A stretch of DNA of 64,000 nucleotides, taken from positions 5,890,001 to 5,954,000 of the forward strand of contig CATNEN010000011.1 of the NCBI GenBank assembly GCA_950097015.1. Direction: 5' to 3'. The position numbers were made by a program, and so were the translations under genes. Under the pieces are notes generated by a model, which worked only from the letters and a program-made list of their open reading frames with translations, ran no database searches and was not told the origin of the DNA. Origin of the DNA: Macrostomum hystrix. Taxonomy: Eukaryota; Animalia; Platyhelminthes. Positions 1 through 8,218 of this stretch are shown here, in pieces (within the stretch, counting starts at the first letter, position 1; every line of letters starts with the position of its first letter).

Positions 1-789
1 CTCCAGCCTTCAGCACCGAGAATCACATCCTGCCTCAGGTGGTCTTTGTTTTATATGCTGAGCACACTGACTGACAAGTTACAGTGCTGATGGCAAGTTT
101 GCGTCCAATTTGAACCGGCAAAAAATCTTTCTTTTATTTCCACAAAAAGTAACACGCAACGAGTGAAAATCGCATTGGCTACTGCAACTTACCACGATAT
201 TTAATATGAAAATTTTCCTCAAAATAAAAAACCTAAACAACAAGCTCGAAGTACTACTTGTAGTTATGTCATATTCCTTATAAAATAAAACTACTTCTGG
301 TTAAAAAAGTGAAAACGGAAAACATACTTTTTTATTATACTACTAATAGTATCGGTTTTAGTGCTTTTTATTTAGTTAACTCAAGTTAATCGAGTTATTT
401 AGATGAGCAGTGAACCGTTGTCTGCAGCCACCGAGTTGTTAGAAAAAAAGGCCAAAATTCAATTAGAAAATCAAAATCAAATCAAAATCAAAATCAAAAT
501 GACTGTCATCAAAATGACAGCCATAAAAATCACTGACCCAATTTGACTACAAAAAACTGACTGTAAAAAGTTTGACTACCGAGAATAATTTTGATTTAAA
601 TAGTCATTCATCAAGCTTCTCAGTTAATTACCTGTCATCTGTACAATTCTCTCGTTTAACTTTTACTACTGAACATATTGTGGCAGTCAATTTTGGTAAA
701 CCCCTCAGTTGAAAACCCGGCAATTTCAAAGGCCACGGAGGGGGCACAGCTTGCTACCAGTGAGAGTCTTAATGAGAGAGAGTACATCT

Positions 790-1200
790 CCCTTTATGGT
801 TCAGGAGGACATTCATTGGTCTCCTGGATGCAGGTGACCCAGTCATTAAGCTGCATGACGATTAATGACGGCGGTCGGCATCGGGAACGTCGGCGAGCTT
901 TCCGTTCCCACGGAAACCCATGTAACTGGGAATCCCATGATAGTGTTTGCATCTGCCAAGAGGTTAAGTAACTGGACACAGTCGGAGACTATTCGCTCTG
1001 GCCAATACTCTATTTGCTTTTTAAGCGATGCGGGGCATATGCTTCTAAACCTTCTATGCTTCACCAGCGATGTTGCTGAATAATCTCGTTATTTTAAGTG
1101 CTGCAGAGGGCTTTGAGAGCAGCCTGACAGTCAGAATCGATAACTACTTCTCTGCCACTGAGTCTATTGACGCTGGAGAGTCTTCCAGAAGGTTGCGATC
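790..1200 (-). mobile_element. Decayed RNase H fragment of a non-LTR retrotransposon
   Basis: Minus-strand pieces in shifting frames read EVVIDSDCQAALKAL, RIVSDCVQLLNLLA, W-IPSYMGFRGNGKLAD and CPPEP. These resemble the retroelement RNase H motifs (xDSxxALxAL ... WVPxHxGxxGNExAD). Stops and frameshifts are present. Confidence 0.45.
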
Positions 1201-1727
1201 ACTTGATTGCCTTCCATAAAGTCCGCCTTCAAGTCATCGAGCGACAACTCCATCGACATCGTCAGCTCGACCAGCTTCGACATGTCGCCTGCAGCCTCCG
1301 CCATCGCCGTCTCCTGCCTGTAGCTTCTCACATCGTCCATGTCCCGCTGCCACACACGCGCTGTTTCAATCCGAGCTGTCATCAGGCCTGTCAGTCGATC
1401 TTCACTCGAATCCAGGTATCTCCGCATTGTCTCAAACAGCTGCTTCGCCCGTCGCAGCTGCTCCTCCATCTCGTGAATCCAATCTCCTCCACCACCTGCT
1501 GCACTGCCACCTGCAGCTTCGACATGTAAGTAGCCACGCAGCACCTCATCGACCTTCTCTTTCAGCTTGATGGCATCCGCCACTTCAACACTCAGGTGTT
1601 CCGAGCACAGGTAGCGCCCGGAGAATGGACCCCGGCCGACTGCAGCTTCTTGGCAGACGACGCAGATTGGGATGGCTTCAGGAAGTCCTTCGGAACTCGA
1701 GCTGTCGCTGGAGTCTCCACGCTGCAT
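1164..1727 (-). CDS. Hypothetical protein with B-box-like Cys/His cluster and coiled coil (TRIM-like fragment)
   Basis: 187-aa ORF with CVVC-x(13)-CSEH followed by helical, heptad-rich segments. The 3' end overlaps the RNase H remnant. Confidence 0.35.
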   Translation of the reverse strand: MQRGDSSDSSSSEGLPEAIPICVVCQEAAVGRGPFSGRYLCSEHLSVEVADAIKLKEKVDEVLRGYLHVEAAGGSAAGGGGDWIHEMEEQLRRAKQLFETMRRYLDSSEDRLTGLMTARIETARVWQRDMDDVRSYRQETAMAEAAGDMSKLVELTMSMELSLDDLKADFMEGNQVIATFWKTLQRQ

Positions 1728-2791
1728 TTCAGATTCAAGGTCTGGAAAGAGAGTCGGAAACAGGCCGTGTGAGTTGAAGACTGCTGCTGGAATCTACATC
1801 TGATCGGTATCTCAAAGATGGCTGCTCATGTTAAACGTCGGGATGCTCCAGACGGCGATGAAGGAGACCCCGGTGCCAGGGATGCTGAGAACAAAGGTCT
1901 CTACGACTGATGGACGATGGACGATGGTTCAGATTATTGAACCAATGCGAGCAATGGATTGGCCATAGAGGCTTATGCATAGCATTGTTGTTGTCCTTGT
2001 AGCATATAAGCTGCAGTTTAAGAATGATCGAAAAAAGCGAATAGTCATTGAAGAATGTTAATTTGAACACACACTCAAAAATGCTTTGTTACTGAAGCTA
2101 AAGTTATCGCAAATTATAATAAATCTAATGCATTACAAATGTAATACTCTATAATTTAACAATTTATTTTTTTATTACAAATGCTTTTTAGTTATAGTTA
2201 AGCACTGCATGCGTGCCAACAGGAAGTTGCTTGCTCGAACGTACTACAAGCTGCTTTGTACACCTGAACATTTTCAGATAACTGTCTGCCTAGATATTCA
2301 CTGAAGGCTCTGATCTGCAAACAAATATTTTTATATTCTCAGAAAAATCTTCAAAGGAAACAAACCAATTTGTTAAAATTCTCGACAGAATGCTTAGGTT
2401 AGCCAATAGTTGACCAGTTAGTTTTCGTTCCAGAGATTAACCTTTGAAACCATTGAAGTGGCTCCACGTGGGCAGCTTCACCTGCCGTCCAGTTGAGCTG
2501 GTTATGGGCAAAGCCGTCATAGACGTAATGTCCAGCCCGGACAGCACCGAGGGTGTCAAGACGAGTTTGGCGCGTGGCCGAACTTCCGGCACAGCCGGGA
2601 TCTCCTGTAGACTGGAAGTATGCGTTTGGTTGGGTCCTAAGTGCACGATCTAGACACAATGAGTTAACTCTGATCTATTCTAGAGGCCAAACTACCAGGA
2701 TTACACAAGCTAGTTTGCGAGACACTCAAGCAGCAAGGTCATCAGGGTATAAATGCTCCTTTTCAACATAATAAAAATACAAAAAGCTTAC

Positions 2792-2842
2792 CTTTTATTG
2801 ACAATATAATTCAGTTGACAAGGCTGCGGCTGTGGCGTCTGC

Positions 2843-2912
<70 letters not shown>

Positions 2913-3526
2913 GCTGTTGTCGATGTTTCTTCTTCCGATGGAGCCTAGATTCCGTCGCACCCTGCTTCTGAGTAATCACCAATGCCGACTCCGATGGCCT
3001 GGCTTCCGCTGTGGAGGCAGTTAGAAATCCTTCTTCGCATGAGGAACGTTTCGGTAGCGCCAGACGCTCGTTGGATCCGCGTTGCTGAATTTCTTGTTCT
3101 TTGGACCTCCTATTGTTGCTGTCTGAGTTTTCCACAATGCGCGCCTCTAGAAGAGTCAGTCGAGCCTCAGCCTTCACCAGCTGAGCATCTACAGATGATT
3201 GGTGATGCTCAAGAGACTGCAGCTGCGAGATGAGCAGAATGAGCAGCCGGGTGAGATCGTTGGCAAGTCGAGCATCGGCGGATGGCGACTGATCACCTGC
3301 TGCGACTGTCGACGGTCGAGAATTTCCGTGCAGGCCTTGTGGTACCTGCGACGGTGTTGAAAGCGCAAAATTTGATGATTGCTGCTGTTGCTGTTGCTGT
3401 TGATGATGATGATAATGACGATTCTGCTGCTGCTGAGGATGATGATTCTGTTGCTGCTGCTGAGGATGATGACGATGCTGTTGTTGTTGTTGCTGCTGCT
3501 GCTGCTGCGGCTGGTACGAAAACCCA
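2792..3526 (-). CDS. Internal exon of a Gln/His-rich host gene of unknown function
   Basis: 735-nt stop-free frame that extends the listed ORF 2788-3177 upstream. Acceptor TTTTTTACTTAG|T at 3527/3526 and donor AG|GTAAGC at 2792/2791 are both phase 2. It encodes two polyQ tracts and a coiled coil. Confidence 0.55.
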
Positions 3527-3574
3527 CTAAGTAAAAAATAATATTAAAACTAATATTTGCAGAAGGGCTTTTGA

Positions 3575-3905
3575 TGCATAACATCTAGCGACAGTGGACC
3601 CGCAGCCAGTAAGAAGGAAATTCAGCTCATTTCTGCTGACTCCTGAGTACATGCGCACACAGATACTGAACGCAGGCAAACACTTACACAGATGTGTACA
3701 TCTGCCCTGACTTTCTCATCGTCAGCCAGTGTACACTCTCAGTGTACCTTGGAGGTTGGCTTTTCCAAGGGCGTAAATCGATGAAAAGTCCCCAAGCATT
3801 CTCTCCGCGGCTGCGCCCCAAAGATTGTGGCCTCGCTGCGGAATCGAGCTCAGGAACCTTGGTGCGAGAGGCAGACGCGTTAACCGCTCTGCCACTTGAT
3901 CCGAC
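3575..3905 (-). mobile_element. tRNA-derived SINE, family A copy
   Basis: Roughly 80% similar by eye to 48360-48685 and 54585-54905. The head has an A-box (GTGGCAGAGCGG) and a B-box-like GAGCTCGATTCC. It lies in the predicted intron 4030-3527. Confidence 0.6.
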
Positions 3906-4030
3906 TCACTGAGTTAACGCGCGTGAAAAATGTTTTTAAAGCCAATGATGGTGACTTAAATGGTCCTCTAAATTGCGGTTGTCTCAGTTGTCAAAGTTAC
4001 TGCTAAGTTCTAAAATACAACCTCTTTCAC

Positions 4031-4070
4031 CTGAAATACTTGTTGCACTGATGCCTTTGCTGCTGCTGCT
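4031..4070 (-). pseudogene. 3' part of the host exon interrupted by the Polinton
   Basis: After removing the element and one TSD copy, the frame of ORF 20961-21227 continues as ...QQQQQQRHQCNKYF and ends at donor AG|GTGAAA (4031/4030). This is in phase with exon 3526-2792. Confidence 0.45.
4065..4070. repeat. Left 6-bp target-site duplication GCTGCT
   Basis: Identical to 20966-20971. A 6-bp TSD is typical of Polintons. The exact register is slightly ambiguous because the target is a (GCT)n run. Confidence 0.8.
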
Positions 4071-4214
4071 AGTAGTATAAAAAAATATGAAACAAACGCG
4101 TTTTCCTTATGGAGAAATACATAGGTAGTACCGCATAGGAAATGCCTATACATTTAACTCAAAACGCACCAAAAAATTTCTAAGTCCTAACTCGCACGAG
4201 GAATTTTCTAAGTC

Positions 4215-4251
<37 letters not shown>

Positions 4252-4375
4252 ATCTGTCCTTGGCATGTTGTTTAAAAAATTCCAAGTCCAACTAACTGCT
4301 CATTAAGTTTGCAGGTTAGAATTCAAAGGCGCAGCAACTTTCTGAAACGAGCATGTTGAATCAGTTTCATTGCAA
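4071..4375 (+). repeat. Left terminal inverted repeat
   Basis: Reverse complement of 20645-20965. The outer ~145 bp are nearly identical (I see 2 small differences). It then has a (CT)n tract and a more diverged inner ~130 bp. Confidence 0.95.
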
Positions 4376-4676
4376 GTTGCCACTGTCGAGAGTTAATGCA
4401 CGTCGAATTATTGAGATTGTTACTCTAACTCGCCAAATCATTCAGTCACAAAATGTTGTTACTTTCTTATTCATCAGATTCAGCACGAAGCTTTTCATTC
4501 CTGCAGCAATTTGTCTTTAATTTCGCACATGCTAAAAATCACACATCTCTTCAAACGTGCCTACCATTTACCGATAGTATATATATATATTTCAAGGATT
4601 ATAAGACAAACTACAACTTCAAGCTGGAATTAGCAAGGAATTGAATTGATATTGAATTGAATTGAATTGAATTGAA

Positions 4677-4988
4677 ATGAATTCTGTCAACCTTCCTATC
4701 GTCGGGATAATGCGAAGCCAGCAATCTATAATTCATCAGACGGAGATGAATAATCGTAAATGGGTGCAACTCGTCAAGCTCTTAACTGAGCTAGAAAGCT
4801 TTATCGAGGAGAGCTGGCCCGAGGACACGATATCTGCAACAAGAAAGCGCGGCTACTGGCTGAAGTGCGTTATACGCAGTGCAGCTCGACAAGTCAGGAC
4901 ATGGGCCTCGACACGACTAACCTGGTGGCGTAGCCGACTAGAATTCCAAGTCGAAGCCTGGCAGAGTATCCAGTCACAGCTTAATTAA
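4677..4988 (+). CDS. Possible small orphan ORF of the Polinton (103 aa)
   Basis: ATG-initiated ORF inside an otherwise AT-rich region, preceded by (TA)n, TATAAG (4600) and an (AATTG)n run. No recognisable motif. Confidence 0.3.
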   Translation: MNSVNLPIVGIMRSQQSIIHQTEMNNRKWVQLVKLLTELESFIEESWPEDTISATRKRGYWLKCVIRSAARQVRTWASTRLTWWRSRLEFQVEAWQSIQSQLN

Positions 4989-5886
4989 TTAAGAAATGAC
5001 AAAAATCAACATTTTTATAATTTTGCATTACCTCAATAACTGAATTTTATCAAAGTTTGTAAATATATTTATGCTTTACATCAATACAAAAAAAAAGATT
5101 TTCTTTCTGCTCAAAACATACTTGTTGTGTAATTCTAGCGTGGCTTGTCAATAAATTATTTAAAACTAAGCTTTGTGTTTGAGAAACCATTTTGCTAAAT
5201 TATCTAAAATTATACCGAAACAACGCTCGTAATATCTTAACCTAGCTATGTATATCTAAAGCCAATCTGTTTACTATAAACGTACCGACTTAAAACTGAA
5301 ATCGAAAAAACTCGTATAATTTAAAATTATGTTTTCGACTGGTATATCAAACATTTTATCGTCAACAACTATATGCGTAATCAGTATGCTTCAGTTCATT
5401 ATAAAAATTAATTTAGTAAACTAAGATCTAAGTTCTCCCTCCCACACACCGTTCTCGCTAACTTAGTAAAATATCATGTTACTGAAAACCCACAAGCTTC
5501 TTTTAAGGCAGTACGTGTATTTAATTAACCCTTCAAAGTCAAGAAAATCTAGCTACAAAGATTTATACTATTCAAATTTTTCACTTGTGATGTTTACCGA
5601 ATGATGAAATTCAATAATTAAAGCTCTATACCTATGCAATCAAATCTTATCATTGCTACGTGCCGTCAAAATTGCTTTCAACTGTTGACTCAAATTACAT
5701 TTTAACCTATAGCAAATTAAATTAGTTTCCACATAAAAAGCTTCGTGCAGTTGCTATCAATAGATGAGCTTCAACAATTGACTATAATTTCCTTAATGAC
5801 TTTGACTTGTAAACAAATTAGTTTAATTTCTATCATAAAGCATCGTGCAGTTACTATCAGCAGGTGATTCGTGTTCGATTCGCTTC

Positions 5887-5894
5887 TATAAATA
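5887..5894 (+). promoter_or_regulatory. Canonical TATA box (TATAAATA) of the putative early unit
   Basis: Located 78 nt upstream of the ATG at 5965. It is preceded by a 23-bp direct repeat at 5737-5759 and 5837-5859. Confidence 0.55.
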
Positions 5895-5964
5895 CAAGTT
5901 TCAAAATTTTGGTCTTTTCATAAGCTCCTCGGCTTTCTAATCACTACACCAGCTAGCAGCAAGA

Positions 5965-7288
5965 ATGTCTTACTACGCAGCCGAATCACTGCTAAAGCCT
6001 AACATGAGACCTATCTTCCACATTGGCGAGATTGAGTCGACAGTCAACGGTTCGTGTCTGTTTCGATCGGTGGGTTGGAAGTCAGGTCCAGAGGCAAAGG
6101 GCTGGCACCCGATCATCTTCCAGTCCGCCGGTCCAGTTGAGCTACTTCGAGGCATCACCGAGCGAGCGGAATACGAGACAGCTAGCAAGTATGACTCACG
6201 CGATGTCATCGGCATAACGTTTAGAAAGGAGTGTTGTGATCAGGATTTAGTCGACTGCCTTCGGTGAGTATAATTATGTGTTTTACATTTCCTCATAAAG
6301 CTTGTATTTGTCAATAGTAACCTACCTCATAGTTCTTATAGCCAAATTATAGAGTCTAAGCAACAAAACTAAGACACGAAATTAAATTATGCATTTAATG
6401 GTTTATTATGCATCCACTCTGAATGGAACTAGAGTTTGTTCTCCCTACAACTAATATTTACCTTCAATTCAACCAGCATACAAGTGTACAGGTTATAATT
6501 TTGTAAATTGCTGCAGCTTTTTTATCTAGCGAATAATTTTTTCCTAAACTCAAGCAACGTCTAACTTGGATTTTAATCCTCTCTTTTTATCCAGAGTTAT
6601 CGAAAGAGGTCTCGAAGCTAAACTGCGTGAAATTGGCGATGCACGAACGTTAGCGCGACTAACGAAGACATTGTCAGATGAAGAGGTGCTGAATAATAGG
6701 CAGCAGCAGTGGATCACAATCAAGGCAGCATACCCGTGCGCCACCTTCATGGTGAATGAAGCAAATCCTGACGGAGTCGAAGTTCCGCTGGCCGACTTCA
6801 AGGGTTTGAGCGGAAAATATCTAGTCTCGCTTCAAGGAGTGAGTCTTTTCTCTCCGAAAGGTAGCATCACGTGGAGGTTAACCTTGTGTGTGCGTTCGAT
6901 AATTTTGATTAAGGAGACTCGTCCGACTCCCGATAACAGCATGTTGAGTATAGTGCATCAGCATATCAAGACTGCGATTGGTGAGCACAGAAGCTCTTCT
7001 TCATCCAGAGCCGCTTCACCAAACCCAGCCAACAAGCAGAAAGGCCACGTTCCCGCTCGAAGCCCATCACCAACCAAGAAGCCTGCTGCGAAGAAACGTT
7101 CCAAGCCGGTTACCAGCCCCGCAATCAAGACAAATAAGCGATCAAAGACGGCTACTGACAATAACGATTGGATTCAATCGCCACCAGCCAAGGCTTTGGT
7201 GAGTGCGCCGCAAGAAGGAAACCGAGTGGCGTCGAACTTAGACGATACAGACTCCGACTCTACTGATTCATTGTCTTCAGATGAGTAA
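5965..7288 (+). CDS. Spliced Polinton gene (exons 5965-6263 and 6595-7288, 330 aa); putative OB-fold ssDNA-binding protein
   Basis: Donor CG|GTGAGT (6263/6264), branch point CTAAC (6561-6565) and polypyrimidine tract plus CAG| (6594/6595) join the two listed ORFs in frame. The SSB assignment is an inference from a pattern resembling DUF2738/T7 gp2.5-like SSBs, an acidic C-terminal tail (DDTDSDSTDSLSSDE) and the position before PolB. Confidence 0.7.
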
Positions 7289-7297
7289 ATCATTATT

Positions 7298-8023
7298 GTG
7301 ACTCTTTGCAGGATAACTTCATTATTTGTATTTTTTTTATTTTACCATCCATACGCTCGTATAGGTCTTAATTATTTCGCACGCCACTCGGTTATTCCAA
7401 TTTTTTTATTAGCCGATAAAACTGAAAGCCCATTTTCACAAGTCCTTCCTTACTGTTTCCAGCGGCTTGTTCTCCTAATATTTAGCGCCAGTCTTCTAAA
7501 TCCTAGGCAATGTGAGAATTTCGATTTGAAGCTAATCGAGTTAATTTTACAATCAAAAGGTTGTGCTTGCAAATTATTTCGAAACAGACCAACTATGCTA
7601 AAGACGTGCTTTTCCAATCTAACTGTTCAGTTTTATCCGAGTGGCAAAATTTCAATATTTGGTTGCTTGTCAAATTGGCAATTAATTTGTGCTTTACGCT
7701 TTATTAATGATAACCTTTACGCAATAGATTTCGACTCAATCAGACTTCAAACCAGTACCTATGTAGGTTTTATTGATGATTTTTATTGGCCAAATAACTG
7801 TTTTCAGCTGCTAAAATCAATGATCGGTCATCACTCAAACTATAAAATATCATACGATGTTGAAAACTTTCCTCAAGCAGTTTCAATTCGATCAATTTCT
7901 AATCCTAGGCTTTTTTGTAACATATTTTTTTCAAAAAAATTTGTCATTATGGGTGTACGAGGAGAAAAAGATTTGCAATTCGTGCTCAGTCTTCTTAAAC
8001 ACGCGCTGCAATCAATCTGTTAA
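7298..8023 (+). CDS. TATA-binding-protein-like protein (two TBP repeats); true 5' end uncertain, core from ~7463
   Basis: Repeat 1 reads NFDLKLI...TVQFYPSGKISIFGC. Repeat 2 reads IRLQTSTYV...SYDVENFPQAVSIRSISNPRLFCNIFFSKKFVIMGV. These match TBP SYEPELFPGLIYRM..PRIVLLIFVSGKVVLTGA. There is no in-frame ATG before repeat 1. Confidence 0.8.
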   Translation: MTLCRITSLFVFFLFYHPYARIGLNYFARHSVIPIFLLADKTESPFSQVLPYCFQRLVLLIFSASLLNPRQCENFDLKLIELILQSKGCACKLFRNRPTMLKTCFSNLTVQFYPSGKISIFGCLSNWQLICALRFINDNLYAIDFDSIRLQTSTYVGFIDDFYWPNNCFQLLKSMIGHHSNYKISYDVENFPQAVSIRSISNPRLFCNIFFSKKFVIMGVRGEKDLQFVLSLLKHALQSIC

Positions 8024-8034
8024 TCTGTTAATCA

Positions 8035-8040
8035 AATAAA
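8035..8040 (+). terminator. Polyadenylation signal AATAAA after the TBP-like ORF
   Basis: It lies 12 nt after the stop. I found no AATAAA between the SSB-like stop and the TBP-like ORF. Confidence 0.45.
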
Positions 8041-8218
8041 CCCTTTAAACCAACAATATTTCTTTCATTTAAAAACAAAGTATCTATTATCCTTCCTCTC
8101 GTTTTTTTTTTAAAAAACTTTTATACCTAGTTTGTAAAACAATTACACATTTCAATTTTTTTTTCTATTCACTCATTAACTATTAACCTACTCATTTAAT
8201 TACAGCCATAATGATCAA

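Noticed and set aside
6566-6594. TTG at 6566 as the start of a standalone 240-aa gene
   Set aside because: The segment is a branch point, polypyrimidine tract and acceptor; splicing from 6263 gives a better in-frame gene.
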